DNA of 64,000 nucleotides from Octopus vulgaris (GCA_951406725.2 OX597814.1:51274001-51338000), one strand, 5' to 3'. Positions 13,678 through 28,012 are shown, counted from the stretch's first letter. Notes: a model not told the origin generated them from the sequence alone. Program-made: numbers and translations.

Positions 13678-13973
13678 ATGTTCATCTATTTTGATATATA
13701 TATATATATATATATATAGTGCATCTAGAAGGCATGAAGTGTGTTGTGTGTGTGTGGGGGGGGCTGTGTTATCTGTATCCCCTGTTTATACACGTTCGGG
13801 TAATTTGATTTTATTTATTTTGTTCATGCGTTTATACCTACTTTTAATAAGTAGATATAAACACATGAACAAAATAAAAACAAATTACACGAACGTGTAT
13901 AAACACGTGATACAGATAATATAGGCACTTACACACACACACACACACACACACACTTCATGCCTGCTAGATG

Positions 13974-14013
<40 letters not shown>

Positions 14014-14434
14014 GACTTCTTTCAGTTTCTGTTCACCATATTCACTCATAAGGCTTTGGTCAACCTGAGGCTATAATAGAAGACACTTGTCTAAGGTGCT
14101 AGAATCATGTGAATCAGAAGCAAGCTTCTTACCACAACAGCCATGCCTATTATATTTGATCAGAAATTTATAGACTTTTTATTTGTAAGTTAATTATAAT
14201 TTTGGGGGTGCATTTTTCAGTTGGTGATGGCTGGTGAAAGTTGTAGAATAACATTAGAGAAGAGATCACAATGCAGAGCTTGGAGGAGGAGCACACATTG
14301 TAAGGTAAGCCTTGGGTTCTGAATACCTTGGTATTGGCTCTGATTCAAATACACATATATGCATGTATGTGTATACATACATTCATATTCTGAAAGTTGG
14401 CTGTTCTTGCCCCTTGGATGATGAAATATCTTAC

Positions 14435-14700
14435 ATCATCATTATCGTCATCATCATTTAACACCCGCTTTCCATGCTAGCATGGGTTGGACGATTTGAC
14501 TGAGGTCTGGCGAACCAGATGGCTGCACCAGACTCCAATCTGATCTGACAGAGTTTCTACAGCTGGATGCCCTTCCTAACGCCAACCACTCCAAGAGTGT
14601 AGTGAGTGCTTTTACGTGTCACTGGCATGAGGGCCAGTCAGGTGGTACTGGCAACGGCCACGCTCAGATGGTGCTTTTTATGTGCCACCTGCACAGGAGC
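14435..14700 (-). mobile_element. RTE LINE 3' end fragment
   Basis: (cat)n tail plus the cagctggatgcccttcctaacgccaaccactcc motif. Confidence 0.75.
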
Positions 14701-14977
14701 CACTCTTTAGCATTTAAACTGGTCATTTCTAGCCAAAATATTTTAGTTGTTTTATGTTCAAATTAGCCAGATCTGGTCTCTCACACCAACCCTACAATAT
14801 CATTCTAAAAATTAACAGTTACCTCATCAAAATCTCATATCGAAATAATGCATGATTTATTCAAAATAAGGTGAGTAAGCATAGGATAGTGTGAATGCTA
14901 AAGGGTTAAAGCTTCAGGAGGCAACTGATATCTTCAGTGCTCTTGAGTCTTGTATCTGGTCCCAACATAGCATCACA

Positions 14978-15037
<60 letters not shown>

Positions 15038-15106
15038 GTGGTGATACTGACGATAACAACTGAAAGGAGTAAATATACAACTATTCAAATATGTCAATAT
15101 TTTTAC

Positions 15107-15235
15107 CTGAACTGCTGGATATGATGCTATAGATGGGAAGAACAGCTTCAAAAATGTCTTGTTTTAAAAGGCTTTGGAAACACAACGCATCAAATATGTG
15201 TAGATTTGACACAAAAAAATCTAAAGGAAGAACTT
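15107..15235 (-). CDS. LRRK2: LRRK2-like exon (VLPLDFFVSNLHIFDALCFQSLLKQDIFEAVLPIYSIISSSS)
   Basis: Long polypyrimidine tract and tAG acceptor, GTAAAA donor, 129 bp, phase 1 to 1. Confidence 0.72.
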
Positions 15236-17198
15236 CTACATAAGAGAGAAAAAAAAAGAGGAAAAAGAATGAAGAATTAATCTGTAATGATTTATTAGTT
15301 AAGTACAGCATTAGTCATAATTCTTTAGTCTCAGGAAAGAGGTATGCATTCATTAAACAAACCTATGTTATGATCACAGGTGTTCCAGTCAGGTCCATCT
15401 CTTCTTATTAAGGTATACTGTATTTGGCACTACCTTTTTGTGGTTCATATCCTGTCACTGCATGTGAACACAAGTCTAATAGAGAGAACCTCTATGTGGT
15501 TCTCTCAGCCAGCTAGAAAGAGCAGCCATCTCCTTTAAATCCTCACATTATTGAAAAGCATGCATTCGATAATGTAGCCCTGGATTCCTTCCATTTAAGA
15601 AAAAGATACTGGAATGCTTTCAATGATAGATCACCAAATCGGAGCTGATCTGGCACTAAACAACTAATCTACATTTTATTTAATCACTAAATAACATTTG
15701 TTTTAATGTTTCAAACTTTTATCGAATACATTATCAGTCAAGTGTTCTGTCTAATCATGATGCCTCCACCACAAACACACTGCCAATTTATAGTAATCTC
15801 TATAACCCTACACTAATTATCACTGCATATGTCAAGTAGTAGTAGTAGTAGTAACAGCTGGTGTTGTTGGTATTGTTGTTGTTGTTGTCTTTGTTGTTGG
15901 CAGTGGCAGCAGCTGCAGGGCAATTTATTAAATAGTGTTTAATTTCTCTCAAATACTGAACTGTAGTTCATACAATATATTTTGAATTTTGTTAGTTTTA
16001 TTAATCTTAATTATCTAGTGGGAAAACAGAAACTATTGTGATAAGTATGTGCTGGAAAACTTGAAACTTCAGTTCAGTGAAAAGATTAAAAACTTAAAGA
16101 TCTGAATTTTAGATAAATTAAAGGTAAATTCACATCATCATAGCTCATCTTTTTAAATTGCAAATACTAATATATTACCAACCACAGTTCTGCCAAATTG
16201 CAAAAGTTTATTTTTCTAATTTGTTCTAATGGATGCCAACTGCAGATATGAAAATCTAAATGCATATTTTTGATTGAAAAGACCTTGAAATATGTTTTAG
16301 CTTCTGATATTTTGGCTATAAACATTTCACTATACAGCATATGACATAATCTTTGTATATATGTAAGCATACTTAATTATGCTTTGAAGATCGTTTTGCG
16401 TCTTCCAAATCTCCTTAGATCCTTTTAAGACTCATTATACCTGAGTCTGTGCCCTCTGAGTAAAAAAGAAGCATTTTTCAAACCCTGTAAAATTAGATTG
16501 CTCATCGTCAGTTCAGGGTAGCCTGCCTCACTCGCTGATGCAATTAAAGCACTGTATTATAGGTCCACTATCCAAGTTTCAGACCAGTAATGTTGCAATG
16601 TACCCTTAGGTAAAACACACAACTGCCTCAGAGAATCTAACTGAAAACAGGAATAACATTACATTTGTTCACAAGAACAAACTCCAACAATTCATGCAGC
16701 AAGTGTACACTAAACATTATAGCTCATTTATCATTCAAACTACAGTTATTTTGTTATGTGAGAATTTTAGTTTTCTGCTGTCTATTTATAAAGATCTATG
16801 ACCTGTTTAAGCAGAGCTAATCAGACTCTTAACCAACATATTTGTACAGAAATCTCCAGAAATAATTTTATATTATTGGTTTTCTTTCTGGCTAATGGAT
16901 AACATAAAAGCTGACTCAGTTACAAAATGTATTTTCTAAAATATTACAAGAATGCTTTAAATCATATTCTAATATATTTATCAAACCTACTCTTGAACTT
17001 ATTTCTTGCTCTCAACTACCATAACTCTCTTGATAAATAAATTAATTCTAAATTGTATGGATACTGTTGGCTGCCTTAAAAGTTTGCAGCAACATCTTTT
17101 CGTAAATAAACATAAGCAAAATCTGTCATTTATTTTAATGTGTAGTAACACCACTAAAATTCAATGAGAATAATACATTCAATGAGAATTATATGTAC

Positions 17199-17324
17199 CT
17201 GTTTCAAATAATTGATTCAAAGTTTGAAGAGCAGCAGTTTGAACATCTACAGATTCCTTGAAGCCAGCTAGTAAAACCAGAGACAGTTCAGCCACTTCCT
17301 TTTGATCCACATTCACAAGTATTG
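17199..17324 (-). CDS. LRRK2: LRRK2-like ARM exon (ILVNVDQKEVAELSLVLLAGFKESVDVQTAALQTLNQLFET)
   Basis: tAG acceptor, GTACAT donor, 126 bp, phase 1 to 1; ARM-like VQxAALxxL motif. Confidence 0.78.
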
Positions 17325-18208
17325 CTACATCAAATTCAGTTTCAGGAGAAAATAGGAAAAATATTCAAATTACTTTTAATAACATACATTTAATATAATA
17401 ATTTTTCTTCCATACAGTACACAGAATACAGGATAGATATTATCATTAAAATGATTACTCACATATATACATATGTATACACACATACACATATACCCCT
17501 TTCCCCCCTCTCTCCCCCCCACCATGATCTCTCATACTCCTCTTTTTTTCAATGATTAAGGATTCATCTCTACCCTAATCTACAGCTCCCTTTTTATTCC
17601 CTTTCCCTCAAACCTTGTGTTTATATCCATCCTATGTACTATTGGATAGCCCTAGTCCCTATCCACTCTCAACCCATTACCTTCCAACTGTTCTTCTGGA
17701 AAATTCAGCTTCAAATAGGGATTTATCTCATTTTCTTGGCTCTAAAATTTTATATATCAGCAAATTATGATTTTAACCAATACCACTGACTTGATAAAAC
17801 ATATCCTGAATATGACAGGAACAACTCTCATTGGTTTAAAAATTCATATATCTTCTGTCATGAAAATAGCTGCTCTTCAACCATACTTGCTAACAATAAA
17901 ATATCTCTGTGTACAGATATGGTATAAACAAAGGACACAAACACCAGGAAAATATTTGAAGGCAAATGAACCACAATATATAACATACACAGTAAAGTAC
18001 GAGAGTTATGAGCTGGGGATTAAAGAGAATATATTATTTACACTGATAAAGATTTTTGAACCTTGACCTGAGCATTTTTAAGATTAAGAGATAATGTTAT
18101 GACACATTTGATATAAAAGTAGCAAGACTCAAGAAGTTTTCTTCTATTATATTACATAATGTGAGGATATGTGGGCTGCAAGTAAAAATTTAGGGAAATT
18201 CTACTCAC

Positions 18209-18297
18209 ATTTATTTACAAATAATTTCATAAGTTTCATGCCAGAAGCTTGAATTATTTCATCAGTTAAATGCTCTTGCATTATATTCATTACCAAC
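18209..18297 (-). CDS. LRRK2: LRRK2-like ARM exon (LVMNIMQEHLTDEIIQASGMKLMKLFVNK)
   Basis: ttttctctgcAG acceptor, GTGAGT donor, phase 2 to 1; MxxHxxxxxIQxxG pattern as in LRRK2-type ARM repeats. Confidence 0.8.
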
Positions 18298-18704
18298 CTG
18301 CAGAGAAAACAATTTGAGTTAAATAATAACAAGAGCATTCAGAGAGTGCAAACCTCCACCAAAGCAACATCAATGTCCTCTCAACGATTATCTAGAGATG
18401 ATTTTTAAAATGAGAATATCCGAAATAAATTCTACTGCTCTCACAAATGATAATACTAAAAATGAACCCGACCACTCTCAAAAATTAAGTAAAAAAGAAA
18501 ACAGGAAAAATAATCCAGAATCCTTGTCTGGTTCCGGATCAATCGCAAAATCTAATCAGTTCGTGCCAGTCATAAGGCCAAACATCTCTGAAAGTTTCAT
18601 CTGAATCCATCCAGCGGTTCTTGAGATATCTTGTCCATGGACAAACAAACAATGACTGAAAATAATACCTCCGCCTTCACTAAGGCAGAGGTAATAATAA
18701 TAAT

Positions 18705-19140
18705 CCTTTCTACTATAGGCACAAGGCCTTAAATTTGGGGGAAGGGAGCTAGTAGAATACATCGACCCCAGTGCTCAACTGGTACTTATTTTATCAACCC
18801 CGAAAGGATGAAAGGCAAAGTCGACCTCAGCGGAATTTGAGCTCAGATCATAAAGCCATACAAAATACCACTAAGCATTTTGCTCAGTGTGCTAATGATT
18901 TTGCCAGCTTGCCTCTAATTATAATAACGGTTTCAAATTTTGGCAAAAGGTCAGCAATTTCAGAGGTGGGCATGAAACAATTATATCAACCACAATATTC
19001 AACTGGTATTTATTTTATTGATCCTGAAAGGATGAAAGGTTAAGTTGACCTCAGTGGAATTTGAACTCAGAACATATATACAGCAGAAATGTTGCTAAGT
19101 ACTTTTCGGAGTTTTAACAAGTCTGCCAGCTTGTTACCTT
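18705..19140 (-). mobile_element. Two adjacent copies of a SINE family
   Basis: gaaaggatgaaaggcaaagtcgacctc..gaatttga occurs twice here and again at 58442-58585. Confidence 0.7.
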
Positions 19141-19430
19141 AACAATGCTAATAATAAAAACAATATTATTATTTTATTATGTCTGGGGAGAGTCATTCTG
19201 TTTTAATGCCTTATTAATTAACACACTTTCTGGTTTAATTTCTGCTCATTTGCTTATTTATTTTTTTCTAAAATTTTCATTGCTTCTTGCAATATTATTA
19301 TTGTTATCTATATATTAATACATTAAGGCTGAACACATTGCACTGTAATTATAATAATTTCTATATCTAATTTTTAAAATATCTTAAATTATGAAAGAAA
19401 AAGAAGATAAATAAATTTTTAAATTATTAC

Positions 19431-19507
19431 TTGGGTAATGATTGGTAATCAACTGCAAGTTTAGATACATTCCACCAAAGACTTCTTTCCAGAATCTGAA
19501 AATTCAT
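19431..19507 (-). CDS. LRRK2: Probable LRRK2-like exon (MNFQILERSLWWNVSKLAVDYQSLP); acceptor position uncertain
   Basis: cattttcAG acceptor and GTAATA donor; phase-2 end matches exon 18209-18297. Other AGs are possible. Confidence 0.5.
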
Positions 19508-19897
19508 CTGAAAATGAAGTACAAAGTTACTTAAGAGTGCGTTAATTCATTGAAATTGCACAATTTAAAGCACTTAAAGAAATATTTCAAAGTGGTAAAG
19601 GTAGGATAGGCCCAACAGTGTACTGCTGAGCATATCTCTGTTTATGCATGAAAGTTTATGGGGGTAACACTGGCTCATTAATATTCTATCGAGATTTATT
19701 TTTCAATTTTTCCAGCTAAGTGGACTGCAGCAACATGAAGTAAAATGTCTCTTTATTTAATTTTATTTCATACAAGGAGACAAGGCACTTGGACAAAGAA
19801 TCGAATTCATGACCTTAGGATCAAGAGCAGGGTTGCTTAACGACTAGGCCATGGACATTCTTGAAGAAATATTAACGTGGCTGTGTGGTAAAAAGGT

Positions 19898-20283
19898 GCA
19901 GGCATGGCTGTGTTGCAAGAAGCTTGCTTCCCAACCACATGGTTCCAGGTTCAGTCCCACCATGTGGCACCTTAGGCAAGTGTCTTCTACTATAGTCTCA
20001 GACAGGTGTGTAGCTTTGTCAGTGGATTTGGTAGAGAGAAATTGAAAGAAGCTCCTTGTATATATGTATGTGTGATTTTCTGTCTGTCCTCCACCACTGC
20101 ATGACAACCAGTGTTTGGGTGTTTACATCCCCATAACTTAAAAGGTTTGTTAAAAGAGATCAATAAAATAAGTATGCGGCTAAAAATATAAGACCAGGGG
20201 TCAATTAGTTCAACTAAAACCCTTCAAGGTGGTGCCCCAGCATGGCCACCATCAAATGATTGAGACAAGTAAAAGACAAAAGA
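19898..20283 (+). mobile_element. Near full-length tRNA-derived SINE
   Basis: tRNA-like head gcaggcatggctgtg...ggttcagtccc, central caccttaggcaagtgtcttctactatag and a 3' tail; a reversed copy of the same family lies at 20655-21072. Confidence 0.8.
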
Positions 20284-21712
20284 TTTGAATACAATACTCT
20301 CATTAAACCAATTAATAAATCAGGTTACGTAACACGTGAATAAAATAGTAACAAATTTAAATCTGTCACGAGTTATACTAGCAGAACAAGTGGGAAGAAA
20401 TTAGGACCAACAGAAAATAAATAATAATAGAAAAAAATGCCCAAAATAAATTACATCCTACACACCTGCTAAATTTATATTTATGTAATGGGCGTATATG
20501 TTCTATTCATCTCTCTCTGACTCATTCACACATGCATGCACACTCACACACACACAAACTCTCACTCTCTCTCTCACTCTCTCTCTCTCTCACACACACA
20601 CATACACTCACATAGAGAGTTAGATATGTATAAAGACATATTTTATGTTATTATGTTTTACTTGTTATAGTCATTAGACTGTGACCATGCTGGGGAATCA
20701 CCTTGCAGCATTTTGGTCAAATGAATCGACCCTAGTATTTATTATTTGTTTCTGTAAAGCCCAGTACTTATTCAATTGGTCTCTTGTGCTGACAGTGATG
20801 TAAACACAACATCACCTGTTGTCAAGTAGTGGCAAGGCTCAAACACAGACACAAAGATATGCACACAAACACACACACAAACACACACACTCAAACACAC
20901 ACTTATCTACAATAGGTTTCTTTCAGTTTCTGTTTACCAAATCCACTTACAAGGCTTTGGTTGGCCTGAGGTTACAGTAGAAGACACTTGCCCAAGGTAC
21001 CATGCTGTGGGACTGAACACAGAACCATGAGGTCGGGAAGCAAGCTTCTTACCACACAGCCATGCTTGCACCTATGTTTATGTATATATAGAGAGAGATG
21101 TATGAATGCAGGCATGACTCTGTGGTCTAGTAGCTTGTTCAATTCTACTGTATAACATCTTGGGCAAGAGTATTCTAGCATAATATCATAATTACAGATT
21201 AACAGTGGAATTTAGCAGACAGAAACTTCATGGAAACCTATTATATATTATGTGAGTGTGTATGTGCATGAATGCATGAACATATATGTGTGTTTGTGTG
21301 CATATATGTATGTATGTATGTGTGCACATTTCTTGTTTTTTTTTTCTCTTCTTAATTTAGAGTTAATTTTGACCAGCTACATTTTTAGTAGAAATGTTGT
21401 GATGGAAAGCATCTTGTTTTGTTTATTATCCTTACAAATTTTTATTATTCCAGATATCACAATCTCTTTCACTCTCTCCATACATTTCCACTTCATTTCC
21501 TATACTTTCAGAAGAAGTACTGTCATCCAAAACTCAAAGACACTCTTTCTCCTTCATTTAAGTGTCAAGCTAGTTCCTTATTTATTGTATTATGCTCTTT
21601 TTGTGCATTTTACTTTTTCTCTTTTTTGTTGTTGCATTTTATATACATACATGCATGTGTACTTACATAAGCCTATATATATATATTGATTAGGCACAGC
21701 AATACTAATAAC

Positions 21713-21739
21713 CTGGTTCCAGAACTCATTAAGCATATG
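21713..21739 (-). CDS. Candidate 27-nt microexon (HMLNEFWNQ in phase 0)
   Basis: gcttttttctgcAG acceptor; weak CAG/GTTATT donor; frame-preserving. Confidence 0.3.
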
Positions 21740-22843
21740 CTGCAGAAAAAAGCATTAGTCAAATACAGGACATAATAAGAGATTACATGACAAGAAATTA
21801 CATAATGAACTTCATCAGCTTACAGCTGTTTTTGCTATAAGATGCAATGCACTCATAATTGAGTGTTATGTATCACTTTATAGCTTCTTCAAAGAGCTTA
21901 AAAAAAGAAAGAAAGTAATGTGGTGGAGACTACATAAGACAAATGGGATAGAATGACAGTACACTGCCAACAGATAAGAGATCCCAGGATCATAAAAATA
22001 CCTATGAATAAACACCTAGGTCTTTGCTCAACAAACAAATTTCCTAAAAACAAAATTTTCCCTCTATATCAATGCATCAGGAACACCTCAGCTCATTTCC
22101 AATGAAGCAAAGAAAATATATTTATTAATAAATCTAAACCAAATCTAAATACACTATAACCCAACTACAAATAACTAGAAACAACAAAATTAATAAAAGT
22201 AAATCAAGAATTAAGGTAACAGTCTTCTTCAAGGATTCAAGACCCTAACTTCAAATCCCTGTGTACTGACACATTACACTTTTTGATACTATGTGTTGAT
22301 GTCAGCCTAGAATTGACCAATTAGAAATTCCATAATTCAAAGCATTTAAGGAAATATTTGAAAGTGGTAATGATAGGATAGGCCCAACAGTGTACTGCAG
22401 AGCATATCTCTGTTTATGCTTGAAAGTTTATGGGGGTATCACTGGTTTATTGACATTCATGTATTAACTTGACATTGACCAGGTGCTCTATCAAGACTTC
22501 TTTTTCAATTTTTCCAGCTAAGTGGACTGCAGCAGCATGAAGTAAAATATCTCTTTACTTCATACAAGGAGACAGGGCACTTAGGATCAAGAGCGGGATT
22601 GCTTAATAACTAGGCCATGCACTTTCTTAAAGAAATATTAACATGATTTTAAATCAAAAAACAAAAAAAATTTTGCGCATGCATGGCTGTGTGCTAAGAA
22701 GCTTGCTTACCAACTGCATGGATCTAGATTGTGTGGCACCTTAGGCTAGTGTCCTTTACTATAGTCTCACGCTGGCCAAAGCTTTGTTGGTGGATTTGGT
22801 AGATGAAACTGAAAGAGGCCTGTTGTATATATATTGTGTGTGG

Positions 22844-22879
<36 letters not shown>

Positions 22880-22880
<1 letters not shown>

Positions 22881-23372
22881 TTCTATCTGTCTGTCTGTCC
22901 TGCACCACTGCATGACAACCAGTGTTTGGGTGTTTACATCCCCATAACTTAAAAGGTTTAATAAAAGAGATCAATAAAATAAGTATGCGGCTAAAAATAT
23001 AAGATCAGGGGTCAATTAGTTTAACTAAAACCCTTCAAGGTGGTGCCCCAGCATGGCCACCGTAAAATGATTGATACAAGTAAAAGATAAAAGATTTGAG
23101 TACAATACTTTCATTAAACTAATTAATAAATCAGGTTATGTAACATGTGAATAAAATAGTAACAAATTTAAATCTGTCACGAGTTATACTAGCAGAACAA
23201 GTGGGAAGAAATTAGGATCAACAGAAAATAAATAATAATAGAAAAAAATACCCAAAATAAATATACATCCTACACACCTGCTAAATTTATATTTATGCAA
23301 TAGGTGTATACATTCTACTCATCTCTCTCTAACTCATACATAAATGCATGCACACACACACACACACACACA

Positions 23373-23411
<39 letters not shown>

Positions 23412-24011
23412 CCTCCCTCTCTCTCACACACACCAGAGAGAGTTAGATATGTATAAAGATATCATTTATGTATTATGCTTTACTTGTTACAGTTATTAGA
23501 ATGCATCCAAATTCAGGCACCACCTTAAAGAATTTTATTATTTTTCTGTAAAGTCCAGTACTTATTCAATTGGTCTCTTTTGCCAAACCATTAGGTTACA
23601 GGGACATAAACACACCAACACCAGTTGTCAAACAGGGTTGAGGGAAAAACACAGACACAAAGAAACGCACACACACACATCTTCAGTAGACTTCTTTTAG
23701 TTTCTGTTTCCCAAATCTGCTTACAAGATGCTTACCCAAGGTGCCATACAGTAGGACTGAACCTTGAACCATGAAGTTGGGAAGCAAGCTTCTTACCACA
23801 GCCATGCCTGCACCTATGTTTATGTATATATAGAGAGATATGTATGAATGTAGGCATGACTGTGTGGTCTAGTAGCTTGTTCAATTCTACTGTAAGGCAT
23901 CTTGGGCAAGAGTATTCTACCATAATTAAAGATTAATTCTGGAATTTATTGTATGAGTGTGCATATGTATACATGTGTGAACGTGCATGTGTGTGTGTGT
24001 GTGTTTGTGCA

Positions 24012-24051
<40 letters not shown>

Positions 24052-26337
24052 TTCTATCTGTCTGTCTGTCCTGCACTACTGCATGACAACCAGTGTTTGG
24101 GCGTTTACATCCCCATAACTTAAAAGGTTTGTTAAAAGAGACCAATAAAATAAGTATGCGGCTAAAAATATAAGACCAGGGGTCAATTAGTTCAACTAAA
24201 ACCCCAGCATGGCCACCGTAAAATGATTGAGACAAGTAAAAGATAGAAGATTTGAGCACAATACTCTCATTAAACTAATTAATAAATCAGGTTACGTAAC
24301 ACGTGAATAAAATAGTAACAAATTTAAATCTGTCACGAGTTATACTAGAACAAGTGGGAAGAAATTAGGATCAACAGAAAACAAATAATAATAGAAAAAA
24401 ATGCTCAAAATAAATTACATCCTACACACCTGCTAAATTTATATTTATGTAATAGGTGTATACATTCTACTCATCTCTCTCTAACTCATACATAAATGCA
24501 TGCACACACACACACACACACACACACACTCTCTCTCTCTCTCTTTCTTCCTCCCTCTCTCTCACACACACTAGAGAGAGTTAGATATGTATAAAGATAT
24601 CATTTATGTATTATGCTTTACTTGTTACAGTTATTAGAATGCATCCAAATTCAGGCACCACCTTAAAGAATTTTATTATTTTTCTGTAAAGTCCAGTACT
24701 TATTCAATTGGTCTCTTTTGCCAAACCATTAAGTTACAGGGACATAAACACACCAACACCAGTTGTCAAACGGGGTTGAGGGAAAAACACAGACACAAAG
24801 AAACGCACACACACACATCTTCAGTAGGCTTCTTTTAGTTTCTGTTTCCCAAATCTGCTTACAAGATGCTTACCCAAGGTGCCATACAGTAGGACTGAAC
24901 CTTGAACCATGAAGTTGGGAAGCAAGCTTCTTACCACAGCCATGCCTGCACCTATGTTTATGTATATATAGATATGTATAAATGTAGGCATGACTGTGTG
25001 GTCTAGTAGCTTGTTCAATTCTACTGTAAGGCATCTTGGGCAAGAGTATTCTACCATAATTAAAGATTAATTCTGGAATTTATTGTATGAGTGTGCATAC
25101 GTATACATGTGTGAACGTGCATGTGTGTGTGTGTGTGTGTGTGTGGGTGTGTGTGTGTGTGTGTGTGCGTGTGTGTGCGCATGCGTGTGTGTGTGTGTGT
25201 GTGTGTATGTGTGTGTGTGTCTTCTATCTGTCTGTCTGTCCTGCACCACTGCATGACAACCAGTGTTTGGGCGTTTACATCCCCATAACTTAAAAGGTTT
25301 GATAAAAGAGATCAATAAAATAAGTATGCGGCTAAAAATATAAGACCAGGGGTCAATTAGTTCAACTAAAACCCTTCAAGGTGGTGCCCCAGCATGGCCA
25401 CCGTAAAATGATTGAGACAAGTAAAAGATAAAAGATTTGAGCAAAATACTCTCATTAAACCAATTAATAAATCAGGTTATGTAACACGTGAATAAAATAG
25501 TAACAAATTTAAATCTGTCACGAGTTATACTAGAACAAGTGGGAAGAAATTAGGATCAACAGAAAACAAATAATAATAGAAAAAAATGCCCAAAATAAAT
25601 ATACATCCTACATACCTGCTAAATTTATATTTATGTAATAGGTGTATACATTCTACTCATCTCTCTCTAACTCATACATAAATGCATGCACACACACACA
25701 CACACACACACACACTCTCTCTCTCTCTCTCTCTCTCTTTCTTCCTCCCTCTCTCTCACACACACTAGAGAGAGTTAGATATGTATAAATATATCATTTA
25801 TGTATTATGCTTTACTTGTTACAGTTATTAGAATGCATCCAAATTCAGGCACCACCTTAAAGAATTTTATTATTTTTCTGTAAAGTCCAGTACTTATTCA
25901 ATTGGTCTCTTTTGCCAAACCATTAAGTTACAGGGACATAAACACACCAACACCAGTTGTCAAACGGGGTTGAGGGAAAAACACAGACACAAAGAAACGC
26001 ACACACACTCACACACACACACACACACACATCTTCAGTAGACTTCTTTTAGTTTCTGTTTCCCAAATCTGCTTACAAGATGCTTACCCAAGGTGCCATA
26101 CAGTAGGACTGAACCTTGAACCATGAAGTTGGGAAGCAAGCTTCTTACCACAGCCATGCCTGCACCTCTGTTTATGTATATATAGATAGATATGTATGAA
26201 TGTAGGCATGACTGTGGTCTAGTAGCTTGTTCAATTCTACTGTAAGGCATCTTGGGCAAGAGTATTCTACCATAATTAAAGATTAATTCTGGAATTTATT
26301 GTGTGAGTGTGCATACGTATACATGTGTGAACGTGCA

Positions 26338-26369
<32 letters not shown>

Positions 26370-26864
26370 TGCGTGTGTGTGTGTATGTGTGTGTGTGTCT
26401 TCTATCTGTCTGTCTGTCCTGCACCACTGCATGACAACCAGTGTTTGGGCGTTTACATCCCCATAACTTAAAAGGTTTGATAAAAGAGATCAATAAAATA
26501 AGCATGCGGCTAAAAATATAAGACCAGGGGTCAATTAGTTCCACTAAAACCCTTCAAGGTGGTGCCCCAGCATGGCCACCGTAAAATGATTGAGACAAGT
26601 AAAAGATAGAAGATTTGAGCACAATACTCTCATTAAACTAATTAATAAATCAGGTTATGTAACACGTGAATAAAATAGTAACAAATTTAAATCTATCACG
26701 AGTTATACTAGAACAAGTGGGAAGAAATTAGGATCAACAGAAAACAAATAATAATAGAAAAAAATGCTCAAAATAAATTACATCCTACACACCTGCTAAA
26801 TTTATATTTATGTTATAGGTGTATACATTCTACTCATCTCTCTCTAACTCATACATAAATGCAT

Positions 26865-26938
<74 letters not shown>

Positions 26939-27548
26939 CCTCCCTCTCTCTCACACACACTAGAGAGAGTTAGATATGTATAAAGATATCATTTATGTAT
27001 TATGCTTTACTTGTTACAGTTATTAGAATGCATCCAAATTCAGGCACCACCTTAAAGAATTTTATTATGTTTCTGTAAAGTCCAGTACTTATTCAATTGG
27101 TCTCTTTTGCCAAACCATTAAGTTACAGGGACATAAACACACCAACACCAGTTGTCAAACAGGGTTGAGGGAAAAACACAGACACAAAGAAACGCACACA
27201 CACACATCTTCAGTAGGCTTCTTTTAGTTTCTGTTTCCCAAATCTGCTTACAAGATGCTTACCCAAGGTGCCATACAGTAGGACTGAACCTTGAACCATG
27301 AAGTTGGGAAGCAAGCTTCTTACCACAGCCATGCCTGCACCTATGTTTATGTATATATAGAGAGATATGTATGAATGTAGGCATGACTGTGTGGTCTAGT
27401 AGCTTGTTCAATTCTACTGTAAGGCATCTTGGGCAAGAGTATTCTACCATAATTAAAGATTAATTCTGGAATTTATTATGTGAGTGTGCATACGTATACA
27501 TGTATGAACGTGCATGTGTGTGTGCGTGTGTGTGCGTGTGCGTGTGCA

Positions 27549-27600
<52 letters not shown>
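22880..27600. repeat. Tandem array of four near-identical ~1.17-kb units (SINE fragments, unique DNA, CA/CT/GT microsatellites)
   Basis: cttctatctgtctgtctgtcctgcac starts units at about 22880, 24051, 25221 and 26399. An older diverged copy spans ~19552-21200, matching ~22324-23925. Confidence 0.92.
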
Positions 27601-27607
<7 letters not shown>

Positions 27608-27736
27608 ATGTGTGTTTATGTGTGTTCTGTATTTTATCATCTATATTCTTTCTCAGAAGAAAGAGCTGGTTTGTAACAAAGATAAAAAAAAATCCATCGT
27701 TGGAATGTAGATAACAAAAGCAGAATCAAGCCCTAC

Positions 27737-27815
27737 ACAGAAGCACAAGTTTATCATTCTTATCAATATTTCTCAGAACTGTTCTCAGATCACCACAAAA
27801 ACTATTTATTTCATC
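27737..27815 (-). CDS. Candidate LRRK2-like exon (DEINSFCGDLRTVLRNIDKNDKLVLL); donor uncertain
   Basis: gtttatctccAG acceptor in phase 0 matches exon 28829-28920. The best donor (GTAGGG) gives phase 1, which I cannot cleanly join downstream. Confidence 0.45.
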
Positions 27816-27944
27816 CTGGAGATAAACAAGAGTCAGCACATAAATACTAATCACTGTCATGGATTGCTTTGAGTCAGTCCATCCATCAATCCATCCATCC
27901 ATCCATTCATCTGTTGGATATATATATAGGCTGATAATACTTAA

Positions 27945-28012
27945 TTGATGGTTTCTAATTTTGTGAGGTTCTGTGGCATTGATGGTTTCTAATTTTGTGA
28001 GGTTCTGTGGCA
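27945..28012. repeat. Perfect 34-bp tandem duplication
   Basis: ttgatggtttctaattttgtgaggttctgtggca x2. Confidence 0.9.

Noticed and set aside
13226-13924. Recurring ORFs such as [19 protein letters not shown] and [11 protein letters not shown]
   Set aside because: They are chance frames in the non-coding 3' UTR of an RTE family, repeated because the element is repeated.
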